Source: the human T2T-CHM13v2.0 reference genome, Homo sapiens
Reading direction: 5' to 3' (one strand)
DNA: 64,000 nt
Assembly: GCF_009914755.1 (NCBI RefSeq)
Contig: NC_060938.1
In this document: positions 15,147 through 30,278 of the stretch, piece by piece
Layout: each line of letters begins with the position of its first letter
Position numbering within the stretch: position 1 is the first letter of the stretch
Position numbers and translations under genes: made by a program
The notes under the pieces: model-generated
What the model saw: the letters and a program-made list of their open reading frames with translations, nothing else
What the model was told of the DNA's origin: nothing
Database searches by the model: none

Positions 15147-15564
15147 AATAAAGTATGTTTTCTGAGGTAACATTAAAATAGCTACTGTGGCTTCTGTCCT
15201 GCTCTCTCATGGATCCCCATCTCTAGAGAAAGCCAGTTGTAGTATTGTGAAAACATCCAACTGGCTGAAAGATAGATCCATATGGCAGTAACTAATGTCC
15301 ATTGACAACAGCCAGCATCAACTCACGAGCCATTGTGTAGTGAGCCATCTTGGAAGTGATTCCTCTAGTCCATTCAAACCTTCATATGACTGTAGTCTGC
15401 ACTGATATCTTCACTACAACCTCACAAAAAAACCTGTGGGAGAACCACCCAGATAAGTTGTCTGGAATTCTTGTCCCAGGGAAACTACATAATGAGAAAA
15501 GAGTATTATTTGAAGCACCTAATTTTGGGAGTGATTATTTATGTAGCCCTAGATAACTAATACA
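15030..15564 (+). mobile_element. MLT1F-like MaLR solo LTR
   Basis: acagccagcatcaact...gtgagccatcttggaagtg...ttttgggagtgattatttatgtagc...taactaataca. Confidence 0.75.
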
Positions 15565-17289
15565 AAATATTAACCCATTTATTTACATCTCTTACTAATG
15601 CAGAATTTGTCTTTAATCAGGCAGAAGTGTGGTGCTGCAAATATTCAATTTTTCCTTTTGGTTCAGCAGTGTCAAGTGTGACATTCTTGACAACTATTTC
15701 AGTTTCTCTAATAGCTGGCAAAAGTGCCAATTTCAGCTATGATTTTTTTTCTAGCTATTACCTTTAGAGGACTGCCAGTTAAGCTAACATTAGTTCATTA
15801 TAAACAAATGTTGCTTTATTACACAGTTAAGCTTCTCAGACTCAGTAAAATATATTTTCCTTGTATCTGTTCTTCTAAACATAATGCATGATAATGTAAT
15901 ACATATCTTCGATTACAATAAAATGAAAGTGATGGAATAGTGTACCTAACTATAATGAAAACATCAAGAAAAATTTAGTCACACACAAATGCAATTTGAG
16001 CAAGGTAAAATATATTGTATTTAAAGAAAACATATGAGCATATTGTATTTCCAAAAGGTCAGTGATGCCTTTTAAAGGAATTGTTATTATATTCCAAATG
16101 TAATAAATGAGATAAACATTGTCTTTATGTTCTTATAAATCTATTTCAATTTTGAGCTTCTAAAGCCTGACTACTTCCAACCTATACTAATCTCTGAATT
16201 TATATAACATGACTATAAGCTAAAACATAAATTATATTTAGCTTATAAATTCATAAATTTCTTCAAAATAACTTATTGGTCACTTACTATGTCTTCAATA
16301 TAAAATATTTAGTTACTACTTTATAAGAATTAATTTTCATATGTGTGTTTGTAGCTTTTCTCTCACCAATCTGGGTTGTATGTTCCGAAAGGTGTAATTT
16401 TGAAATTTCAATTCGCTACCCTGAGCTGATATAAGTGCTTAAAAAAGACAGAATATTTTTAATGTATGTTGTAAATTAGTCATTTTGAATATTTTTCCTA
16501 AATATATTTTTGTAAATTCAGTTTATTTCAATCAGTATGAACACAAGCAACCATTTCAACAAAAAATGAAATCTATAAAGCAGTATTAAAGATTTAACAT
16601 ATAAAATTTACCACTGCACAAACATACTCTACAAATTTATGTTTGCAAGTGCTAACTTTAATAGAAAATTAAGGCAAAATTCCCTTTCTCTTCGAATTAT
16701 TCAGATGTTTGCTTAATTCCTTCACTCTAGTGTACATGTATAGATGTGGCCTTAATCCCTAATGTTGGATGGCAAAAACGTAAATTAGTCCAGCTGAAGC
16801 TAACGAAGTGAGTGTTTTATGCTCTATTATTCTCCAAAAGGTCTATTTATGTGTATTGCACTTCAATCCAAAGGATAAATCTTGCAGCTCAAATTGCCAT
16901 AGGTTCAGAATTTTAGTACAGGTGAGCACAGTAAGACCAGCTGTTATTGCTCTAAATAATGATATCACGTAAATAAGAGAAAGTACTGACTGAAAATGAA
17001 TGAACAAATGCCACCTTTTCAGATTAGAAAAAACGGCATTTGAAAAACAATGGCTATTGTAAGAAGTCCATTCTTTACATATTCTTAATGTTGTTTTATC
17101 TAAGTTTAAGATCGTGATTGCCCTCTGGCTTTTGTTGATTGGTTAGTTGCTTTGGCTTTCAAAAACCGCTTTTAAATGGAATACATGTTACATACATGTA
17201 TGTATGTATATGTGTATATGCATATATTTATGAAATTTAAAAATAACAGTAATGCTACTGGCTCTGAAGGGATAAGTAAATATATCAGT

Positions 17290-18375
17290 ATAATGAAACA
17301 GAAAAATATAAATTTCAATACAAATAAAAATTTTGCAGATGATAAGGTTAACAACTCAAAAACTCAAAACTCAACTTAAAAACAGAGACAAATATATATT
17401 ATTAAATACTTTGAGGTAAATAGTTTTGGGGTAACTGGATAGCCATTTGGAAAAAGATTAAATTAGATCTGTGTCTTTCACCATACATAAGAATAAATTC
17501 CAAATTCATTAGATATGTAAGTGTTTAAACATTTATTTGTACAGGTATCAGAAGAAAACATGGGTGAATGTCTATTTAACGGTGACCCAAATTCAAAGAT
17601 TGTGAGAAAAATTGATAAATCTTAAGACGTAATTTTTTTAAATGTGTGACAAAACAAACAAATCACCACACAAACAAAGGCAGAACACATCTGATAAGCT
17701 GAGAAGAAATATCATGCAAATAAAAAGATAAGAAGAACTTGAAATTCAGAGACTCAAAGGCTAATATCATTACTGAAAAATCAATAAAAAAGCTAATATC
17801 ATTAGTATATAAATATATATATAAATTCTCTTAAAACTGAGGAGCAAATGATCAAAAGCATAGAAGAAAATAAGTAAAGTACATGAAAATACAACTCAAT
17901 AAAAGTACATACATGACCAATAACATGAAAATATTTTCAAACTCAGTCATTATTAGAGAAATACATATTAAAAGAAAACCATTGAAATATTTTTTCTTAC
18001 CTACAAAATAGTGAATATTTTAAAATATGACAATACTTTTATTGAGAAAATAAGCTATTTCACACATTGCTTCGGGGAATTCAAAATGGTACAACTTTTC
18101 TGAAGGGGAATTTGGCAATAGCTGAGAAATCCTTAGATGAACTTACTTCTGATATAAGCAATTCCACTTCTAGGAATCTACTATGCTGATACATCTTCAA
18201 CAATATGAAAATAAATGTGATCAAAGTTATTCATTGTAGCATTTTTTTGAATTTCAAAAAACTGTAAATAAGTCCCCATATATTGGATACTGTTTTAATA
18301 AATTATGATACATCCACACAATGGGTTACTATGCAGCTATGAAAAAGAATGAAGAAGATCTCTGAACTGAGAAAG
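17290..18375 (+). mobile_element. Old L1M (L1MC/ME-like) 3' region
   Basis: aactggatagccatttggaaaaag...aattccacttctaggaatcta...tactatgcagctatgaaaaagaatga. Confidence 0.75.
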
Positions 18376-18414
18376 CTGGGACCCATAAGTTAATGCCTTG
18401 TCAAGGACTTTTTA

Positions 18415-18748
<334 letters not shown>

Positions 18749-18789
18749 TAACACTCTCATTTTATAATTTTTGCAGTATATGAAGATGA

Positions 18790-19003
18790 AGAATGCAGTG
18801 CCTACTGGAATATTTTAGTGCCAATGTCTTGATTTATGCCACAGTACCTGCAGTTTTCCCAACTGTTGCTGTTGCATTATCAGTACAAATGACAACACAG
18901 TAGGAAAGGCATTAAAATTTGAGAAAATAGTGAGATAGCTGACAAAAAACAGTCTCAGGGATGCCCAATGTCTTCAGCTCCTACATTAAGAAAACTTGTT
19001 CTA
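18790..19003 (+). mobile_element. hAT-Charlie fragment
   Basis: gttgcattatcagtacaaatgacaacacagt...tctcagggat resembles a Charlie4-group end. Confidence 0.4.
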
Positions 19004-19479
19004 TAGGATATAATATATTTCCAGACAAATAAAAATATTTGAAAAACTTCTAGAGGATATACTCAAAGAAGAATGTATAGTAAGGACAAAACAAGCTATG
19101 ACATATAAGAATGAATGCTGAGCAAACATTAATGGTAACAATCTTAGTAAATAAAAATAAATTTTGGAGGTATAAAACAAGCCAGAACACAATTCTGGTT
19201 TGCTTTACAAAGGACTTCATAGTCAATATTTTTTCCTAACTTTGTAGCCCTAGTCATGACCTAGCATGTAATCCCATCCATTTGAAATATTGTTTTGATA
19301 GCCTCTTTGTTTTTCTTCCTTCCTTTCCTTAGTAATTCACCTCTAAACTATGTGTAGCAATAATTTAGGCCCTGTTTCATGTTCATCTTATCTTTTTTTT
19401 CATGAATCCATTTGCTTTAAGGTCGCAAAGTATTCTTTGGTTTGACTTTTCTACTCAAAAATTTGAATAAAATATTATT

Positions 19480-21132
<1,653 letters not shown>

Positions 21133-21306
21133 TTTTTAGGAGCAATATTGACATTTTGTAATAATACTGATTTCCTAAAAACCCAACTTATGGTAAGCCT
21201 CTTCCCAAATTCTCCACTGATTCTTTTCTCTTAGTATTGACACTACTGTGTAGTCCTCACTCACAATGAGTATTGGTGGTCTATGTAACTATTGGAATAT
21301 TGAAGA
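21133..21306 (+). repeat. Templated direct copy of 14973-15146
   Basis: agcaatattgacatttt...gaatattgaaga is near-identical to the donor. Confidence 0.95.
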
Positions 21307-21631
21307 TATATAATAAATACATACATTTAATATAATTTATATTATAATTACATATATTATAATTACATATAAATATATGTAATTATTATAATATATGTAA
21401 TTATAATAATTACATATATTATAATTATATGTAATTATTATAATTACATATATTATATAAATATAATATATGTATATTATATTATAATATATTATACATA
21501 TTATATATACATATATGTATATATACATATACATATTATATAAATAATATATGTATATTATAGTAATATAAATATAATATAAATATAAACATATATTATA
21601 TTATATACATATATAATAAATACATACATTT
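21306..21631. repeat. AT-rich low-complexity block bounded by 23-bp direct repeats
   Basis: atatataataaatacatacattt at 21306-21328 and 21609-21631. Confidence 0.9.
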
Positions 21632-21930
21632 TTTCTGAGTATTGCTTTTGCATCTTCCCATGTATTTTGAAGTTTTGTGTTTTCAATAATATTTTATTCA
21701 AATTTTTGAGTAGAAAAGTCAAACCAAAGAATACTTTGCGACCTTAAAGCAAATGGATTCATGAAAAAAAAGATAAGATGAACATGAAACAGGGCCTAAA
21801 TTATTGCTACACATAGTTTAGAGGTGAATTACTAAGGAAAGGAAGGAAGAAAAACAAAGAGGCTATCAAAATAATATTTCAAATGGATGGGATTACATGC
21901 TAGGTCATGACTAGGGCTACAAAGGTAGGA
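21620..21930 (-). repeat. Templated inverted copy of 19234-19544
   Basis: Reverse complement of the donor, same length (311 bp). Confidence 0.95.
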
Positions 21931-21968
21931 TAGCCCTACAAAGGTAGCCCTACAAAGGTAGGGCTACA

Positions 21969-22241
21969 AGTCCGGTGTTGGAGGGCAGGAAGCATCCAGC
22001 TCCAGAGAAAGATGTAAGCTGGGAGGCTAGGCCTGTCTAGGCTTTTCCCATTTTTCTGCATGCTTTATATTCGCTGGCAGCTGATTAGATGATGCCCACC
22101 CAGATTAAGAGTGGGTCTGCCTTTCCCAGCCCACTGACTCAAATGTTAATCTCCTTTGGTAACACCCTCACAGACACACCCAGGATCAATACTTTGCATC
22201 CTACAATCCAATCAAGTTAACACTCAGTATTAACTATCACA
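21969..22241 (-). mobile_element. MLT2A1 LTR 5' part, displaced 5' LTR of the HERV-L at 34512-38099
   Basis: Reverse complement aligns to 37677-37949 (~20 mismatches in ~273 bp); outer flank reads gtagg versus gcagg after the 3' LTR. Confidence 0.9.
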
Positions 22242-22349
22242 CCTACTCTGTTCCTGTAACTTATAACAAAATATGTTGAAAAAAGCAAATCCGTATTTAT
22301 TAATTAGCCTGTCTGCTATCTGGGAGGAGAAAAGAAAAACATAGCACAA

Positions 22350-22540
22350 TTGGAATAAGATGTGTTAATTCTATTTATGCCTTTCATTACTTTGGAATCT
22401 TGGGCAACTGACATAGGCAGTAAGACAGTTCTGTAATTACACAAAACAAAATAGAATAGCACTAACAACACGCACTTTATGAATTACTGTGAAGATTAAT
22501 TTGTGGTGTAGATTTTTAAAATCTAGAACATGATAGAATG
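22350..22540 (+). mobile_element. MIR fragment
   Basis: cttgggcaactgac...ctgtgaagattaa, weak MIR core similarity. Confidence 0.4.
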
Positions 22541-22734
22541 ACTAACCAAACAGGCATATGGTAATAGTTTCACAGATTTAAATGTAGACTAAAATTCTAC
22601 TAGCAAACAAAATAAAATGCTTATCTCATTTTATAAGAATTGAAAGATTACATATGAAATAAATTTCTACAAATATTATCATATCTGTTTTACTGTATAT
22701 TAATATATAGAGAAAAATAGTAAAGGGTAGATGG

Positions 22735-25700
22735 GTTATTATTAGTTTGTTGCTATTGAGTTGTAGTTTTTCATACGTTTATGCTATAACCCATTCTCAG
22801 TTATATGGTTTGCAAATATTTTCTCTCATTGCATAGGTGCATAGGTTGCGTTTTCACTTTATTTCCTTTGCTGTTTAGATTTTTTGCTTGATGAAACCTC
22901 ATGTGTCTATTTTCTCTTTTGTTACCTGTGCTTTTGGTATTATATCCAAAACATCTTTGTCCAGAACAATGTCAGGAAGATTTTCCCCTACGTTTTTTTC
23001 TTGTAATTTTACTGTTTGAAGTTTTATGTTTAATTCTTTCATTCCTTTATTTCTTTCAAGTTTTGTTTTTTTGGTATATGGTGTAAAATAAGAGTTCCAT
23101 TTTATTCTTTTGCTTGTTGACATCCAGTTTTCCCAACATCCTGTACTGAAGACTCTCTCTTCTTCACTGTATAATCTTGATACCTTTTCAAAGATTAGTT
23201 GATCATATATGTGTGGGTTTATATCTGGGCTCTGTATTCTGTTATATCAGTCCACATGTCTGCTTTTATGCCAATATCATACTGTTTTGATTACTGTAAC
23301 ATTGTAATATATTTTGAAATCAGAAAGTGTGATGCCTCCAGGATTTTTCTCCTTTCTCAAGACTGAATTGGCTATCCAGTTCTTTCCTGGCTCTATACGA
23401 ATTTTAGGGCTTTTCTTTCTATTACTACAAAAATACTTTTGGGATTTTGATAGAAATTGCATTGAATGTATAGATGACTTTGGTAATATAGACTTTGAAA
23501 CAATATTAATTCTTGCAATTCATAAATTTCTTTCCATTTATCTTTGTCTCCTTTAATTTCCTCCATTAATGATTTATAATATCCAATGTACGAGTCTTTC
23601 ACTCTTTTGATTAAGTTTATTCTTAAGTATTTTGGTTTTTGCTGTTATTACTCTTGTGAATGGGATTGTTTCTTAATTTTCTTTTTGGATAGTTCTTTGT
23701 GTATAGGAACAGCAATGATTTTTTGTTGATTTTGTATTCTGTAACTTTACTGAATTCACTTATTAGTTATACATATTTTCTGGTGGCCCTTAGGGTTTCG
23801 TACATATATGATTATGTTATCTACAAAGACAGATAATTTTGCTTCTTTTTTTCTGATTTGGATGCTTTTTTTTTTTCTAGTCTAATTGCTCTGGCTAGGA
23901 CTTCCAGTACTGTGCTGAATAAAATTGGTATGAATGGGCATCCTTGCCTTGTAATAAATCTTAAAAGGAAAGCTTTCAGTTTCCTCCCATTGATTATGAA
24001 GTTAGCTTCCTACCTTTTTCTATATGGTCTTTATTGTGTTGAAATAATTTCCTATTCTACCTATATCATTGAGCATTTTACATGAATGTATATTTAGTTT
24101 TGTAAAATATATTTTCTATATCTTTATAGTTGATCATAGTTACATTTCATTCTGCTGATGTAATATTTCACATTAATTGATTTGCATAAGTTGAACCATC
24201 TTTGCATCCCAGCGATAAATTCTGTTTGGTCATGATATGAAATCTATTTAATGTGCTGTTGAATTCAGTTTGTTAGTATTTTACTGATAATTTTTGCATC
24301 TATGTTCATGAGTAACATTAATGAACAGTTTTCTTTTCTTGTGATATATTTATCTGGTTTGGTATCAGGTGATGGTAGCCTCTTGACACGAATTTAGAAG
24401 TGTTACCTCTTCTATTTTTTGGAATATTTTAAGAAAAATTAGTATTAATTATTCATTGAATGTTTGGGAGAATTCACTTATGAAACCATTTGGTCCTAAG
24501 CTTCCCAAGCTTTTTTCTTTGTTGAGAGGTTTTTAAAATTATGAATTCAATCTTCTCATTTGTTATTCCTATGTTAGGACTTTCTATTCCTTTTTGAATC
24601 AGTTTGTATGTTTCTAAGATGTCATCCACTTCTTCTAGGTTATCCAATTATTCACCTATGTTTGATCATAAGATAGTCTCGTATGATCCTTTTTATTTCT
24701 GAGGCATCTGTTGTAATGTCCCCTTTTTCATTTATGATTTTGTGTGCTTGTAGCTTCTCTTTTTTCTTACTTAGTCTAGCAAGGGTTTCTTTATCTTCTA
24801 AATAAAACCAACTCTCAGTTTAGTTGATTTTTAATTTTTAATATTATTTTTATGATGTATTTGTAGTATTAAGTTAGGTGGTTTATTTTATATATTTTTC
24901 TTTTTTTAATGTAGGCAATTACTACTACAACTTCTCTTTTAGTACTGTTTTTGCAACATTTTGTTTGTTTTGGTATTGTGTTTTCATTTTCTTTTGTCTT
25001 TAGGTATTTAAAAATTTTCCTTTAATTTCCCCTTTAATCCAATGGTGTGTTTAATCCAAAAGTGTGTTGCAAATTTTCATGTATTTGTGAATTTTCTTAT
25101 TTTTTTGTTATTGATTTCTAATTTAATTCCATTGGGTTGGAAAAGATTCTTAGAATGATATCCATCTTTTAAAATTTGCTAAGACTTGTTTTGTAATCTA
25201 ACTTGTGGTCTGTCTTGGAGAATGCTGTACATTTGAAAATGTATGCTCTTCTGCTATTGGGTGAAAGTTCTGTATATGTTGGCTAGGTCAATTTAGTTGA
25301 TAGTATTGTTAAAGTCAGCTATTTTTTAAAATTAATTATCTTGTGAGTTTTGTATCTATTATTATAAGAGGAGTATTAAAGTCTCCTACTATTATTGTAT
25401 AATAGCAATTTCTCCCTTTGGATCTGCCAGTGTTTGCTTTACATATTTCGGTGTTCTCATGTTAGATATGTATATATTGATACTTGTTATATGTTTCTAT
25501 TTAATTGACCCTTTTATCATTTATACAATAAACTTCTTTGGCCATAAAAACAATTTTACTTAAATTCTATTTTTTCTGATTTAAGCATAACCATCTCTGA
25601 TTTCTTTTTGTTAAAATTTGCATGAAATATCTTTTTATAGTCCTTCACTTTTATACTCCTTCACTTTTAGCCTATTAGTGTCCTTAATTCTAAAGTGAAT

Positions 25701-26085
25701 ATCCTGTAGATAGATACCAGATCTTGGTTTATCCACTCAGCTACTCTATTGCTTTATATGGGGAATTTAATTCATTTACACTTAAAGTAATTGCTAATGT
25801 GTGAGAAGTTACTATTGCCATTGTGTTTACTATTTCTGTTTTGTGGGTGATTTGATCCTCTCTTGTTGTTTTCCTTTGTTACTTGATGATTTTTGTAGGG
25901 ATTTGTTTTGACTGTTTTCTCTTTATATTTTGTTTCTCTATTCTATATTTTTCTTTGCAGTTACCTCAGCATTTGCATAAAATATCTTGTATTTGTAAAC
26001 ATTTATGCTGATTTCATAACAACTTAACTTCAATTGTACACAACAATACTATACTTTCTCACCCCCTAACTTTGTTGAGTTTTTA
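22735..26085 (-). mobile_element. L1M (L1MA/MB-like) ORF2 region, decayed
   Basis: Minus-strand ORF fragments translate to L1 ORF2-like peptides (GGITLSDFKIYYNVTVIKTV; VKLQEKNVGENL). Confidence 0.88.
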
Positions 26086-26088
26086 GTC

Positions 26089-26090
<2 letters not shown>

Positions 26091-26123
<33 letters not shown>

Positions 26124-26399
26124 ATAGAGTCTGGCTGTTGCCCAGGCTGGAGTTCAGTGGCTGATCTCAGCTCACTGCAACTTCTGCCTTCCGAGTTCAA
26201 GTGATTCTCCTGCCTCAGCCTCCCAAGTAGCTGGGATTACAGGCATGCACCACCATGCCCAGCTAATTTTTGTACTTTTAGTAGAGACAGGGCTTTACCA
26301 TATTGGCCAAGCTGGTTTTGAACTCCTGACCTTGGGTGACCCACCCACCTCGGCCTCCCAAACTGCTGGGATTACAGGCATGAGCCACCATGCCTGGCC
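26091..26399 (-). mobile_element. AluS with a long T tract
   Basis: ~T32, then Alu body to cctggcc; cagttt on both flanks. Confidence 0.93.
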
Positions 26400-26459
26400 C
26401 AGTTTGCTTTTTTTAACTTTATCTTTAACATGCAAGGACATTGCAATACCAGAAAAAAA

Positions 26460-26720
26460 TCTAGGATGGGGATTGACTTCCAAGATGGCTTCTTCACACA
26501 CGCGTATGGAGACTTGATGATCTCTTTTTTTCATGGCTTTCTCTGCCTGGGCCTCTTCATGTGTACTGGACTTCTCAAAGCATGGCTTTTTACTCTTTTT
26601 ATATAACAATTGGCTTTCGAATATCTAAAAGTGTAAAAATACAGGCCAGTTAAGGGCTTCACCAAGAAGTCATGCAGCATCAAGTCCACTTTATTTTATG
26701 AAGCAAGACTATTATAACTG
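26460..26720 (-). mobile_element. Old MLT1-like LTR fragment
   Basis: ttccaagatggcttcttcac...cttctcaaagcatggc. Confidence 0.4.
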
Positions 26721-26839
26721 TCATTATATATATTATAATGGCCATTAATCTGGAAGAAATCACAGTTTTCAAAGGTATATAAATATCATAATAATTACAT
26801 TTAAACAAACATCTCTGATTAGTTGTGATAAACTAGAGG

Positions 26840-26990
26840 TAAAAGAAAGATAAAAAGGAAGAAAAAAGAAGGAAGGAAGGAAGGGGAAGGGAAGGAAGGA
26901 AGGGGAAGGGAAGGAAGGAAGGGGAAGGGAAGGAAGGGAGGAAGGGAGGGAGGGAGGGAAAGAGAGAGTGAGGGAAGAAAGAAAGAAGGT
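26840..26990. repeat. Purine-rich (GGAA/GGGAA)n simple repeat
   Basis: Direct inspection. Confidence 0.9.
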
Positions 26991-26999
26991 CAACTAAGA

Positions 27000-27450
27000 A
27001 GATATTGCAATATCTTCCAGTTGTGATATGATACAGGTCTAGATCAGGGCAACAGCCACAGAAATGAAAAAGTGTGGGTATGGGAACTCTTGTGCAAGGA
27101 AACAGATGCTTTTGATAGTTGAATTTGATGAAATTGGAAAAGCTACATATAACTTAAATTGCACTTTATAATCCAGATGAGATGATTAAAATAATGCACA
27201 GTTGATATAGGGAGCACTTGGAAACAGACAAGTTTGTTGGATATGAAGTACAATTTGAACAGAGTATGTTGCTGTCAAATTGTGCAATGGAAAACATAGG
27301 CCCAAAGCTTCTAGCTAGGGACTTTGAGATGAAAGTCATCAGTAAAGAGGTGACGGTTGAAAAGTCATGAGACTAGATAAAATCACACTTTGATTGAGTA
27401 ATGAGAAAAAAAGACAAGGCCTGAGGGTAAAACAAGGACCAATGTAACTT
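27000..27450 (-). mobile_element. L2 fragment
   Basis: Purine-rich L2-like motifs (agtcatcagtaaagaggtgacggttgaa...gactagataaaatcac). Confidence 0.5.
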
Positions 27451-27733
27451 TTTCAGCCTTCCCTTTGGATGGAGGCTTTGAAGTTCTTTAGGTGGCACTA
27501 ATGTTGATTAATTTGAACATCAATCAGTTCTTAGGTCCACAAAGTGTTTTAGTTCTTAATATACATGCCAGAGATATTTTCGTGTAAAATTATTTCTATT
27601 TTTTTCAAATAATATTGCAAACACTTAAATTTCAAGTTATTATTTCTGAATCAAAGATCTTGTTTAGCTTTAAAGGATTGATATTGGAACATAATTATTT
27701 TGAATTTTTAAATAACTATAGTATTACATTTAA

Positions 27734-28124
<391 letters not shown>

Positions 28125-28214
28125 AGTCCCAGACTTTGTATATTGTGATACATAAAAACCTAGAAAAAATTATCAAACTTCCTCATGAAAGTCATAAGTA
28201 ATAAACTTAAAAAA

Positions 28215-28627
28215 ATTAATTTTTTAGAACAGTTTTAGGTTGACTGCAAAATTAGAGAAAAGTACAGTGATTTCCTATGTACTCCGTGCCCCTCCTCCCC
28301 ACATGTTTAGCCTCCCCCATTATCAACATCCCCCACCAGTGATACATTCATCAAGCAGAGTCTACAATTTACATCAGGTTTCACTCTAGGTTTGTACATT
28401 CCTATGGCTTTAGACAAATGTGTAATCACGTATATCCACCAAGATAGTATCATACAGCATATTTTTACTGCCCTAAAACTCCTCCATGCTCCTGCTGCTT
28501 ATTCTTTTCTCCTCCCTAACTCCTGGAAATCAATTTTTTTTCCTGTCTCTATAGTTTTGCTTTCGCCAATAAGTAGTCTTTTCAGATTGGCTTCTTTCAT
28601 TTAGTAATACGCATTAAGATTTCCCCA

Positions 28628-28666
<39 letters not shown>

Positions 28667-29650
28667 CATAATAGCTTATTTCTTCTTAGCACTGAATAAT
28701 ACACTGTCTGGATGTCTGACCATTTATTTATCCATTCACCTACTGAAAAACATTTCGGTTGCTCCCATGTTTTGGTAATTATGAATAAACATGCTGTAAA
28801 CATCTTTGGGAAGGTTTTTGTGTAGACATTATTTCAACTGCTATGGGTAAATAGCAAGGAATGAGATTGCTGAACAGTTTAGTTAACGGCATGTTTAGTT
28901 TTGTAAGAAACTGCTAACTGTCTTCCAAAGTGATTGTACCATTTCACATTCCTACAAGCAATGAATGAGAGCTCCTATTGTTCCACGTCCTAATCAGCAT
29001 TTGGTATTGTCAGTGTTCTGGATTTTGTTTATTTTAACAGTATTTTGTAGGTATCTCATTGTTTTAATTTACTTAGTCCTAATAACATGATGTGGAGCTT
29101 TTTCATATGCATATTTGCATCTGTATGTCTTCTTTGGTGAAGTGCCTGTTAAGATCTTTGACTAATTTTTTAATTGGGTTGTTTTTCATTATTGAATTTT
29201 AAGAGTTCTTTGTATATTTTGAATCACACTTCTTTCCCAGATATGTCTTTTGAAAATATTTGCTCCCAGTCTGCAATTTATTTTTTTCATTCCTTGAACA
29301 GTATCTTTTGCAGAGCCAAAATGTTTAATGTTCATGAATTCTACCTTATTAATTCTTTCTTTAAAGAATCATGCCTTTGATGTCATATCTAAAAAGTCAT
29401 TGCCAAACAGAAGGTCATCTAATTTTCTCCCATATTATCTAACAAACGCTTATAGTTTCATATTTTACATTTAGATCTGTAATCCATTTTGAGTTATTTT
29501 TTTGAAGGGTATAAATCTGTCTAGATTTACTTATTTTTGCATGTGAAAGTCCAGTTGTTCTAACACCATTTGTTTAAAATACTATTTTTCCCCATTCATT
29601 TCCTTCACTGTTTTATCAAAGATCAGCTGACTATAAATATGTGGGGTAAT
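28215..29650 (-). mobile_element. L1MC/MD-like 3' end
   Basis: tttttagaacagttttaggtt... 3' UTR; minus-strand ORF MFTACLFIITKTWEQPKC resembles the ORF2 C-terminus. Confidence 0.85.
28630..28665. repeat. (TG)n microsatellite
   Basis: About 18 units. Confidence 0.95.
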
Positions 29651-30101
29651 AAGCTTTTGAGGACTTTTGTATGAAAGTATGTCAATGTTTAACTCTGTTT
29701 CATTAATCAATACAACTTCTTTTATTTCTCATTTCCATTATAGTCCTTGTTCATCTCAGTTTTAAAATAGACTTTTTTAGAGTGTCTCCTTTAAATATGT
29801 TTTCCCAAGCAAGCATTATTCTAATGTCCCCAGAAGTCTATTGTTATTATTATCAGTTTTGAGCAAAACAATTGTGGTGAAAATTATCCAGCATCATGTG
29901 AAGTGAAACTAAAGCAGGTGCATTAAGGAATTGGCGTTCAATTTTTTTCTTTTATCGTCCATATGTGTTTTAAGAATTTTGATTATTTTTAGATTAATGC
30001 CTGTTTCATGTCAAGTATTTTGCCAATAGAAAGAGAATTGTGTATACAATCTGTAACCAAGTTGTCTGCATTTCCGAAGTCTGAATACAGACAATGTAAA
30101 G

Positions 30102-30104
<3 letters not shown>

Positions 30105-30142
<38 letters not shown>
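30105..30142. repeat. (AT)n microsatellite
   Basis: About 19 units. Confidence 0.95.
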
Positions 30143-30144
<2 letters not shown>

Positions 30145-30278
30145 TTAAAAATAGATTCTAAAATTTTCTTAGAGTAGCAGGTTTGCATATTAACATTGTG
30201 TAATTTGCATTTCACATCAAGAATTTGGCTTTAGAAAATATGAAAAGGTATTAGTGAAGTTACTATGGCTGATACATT

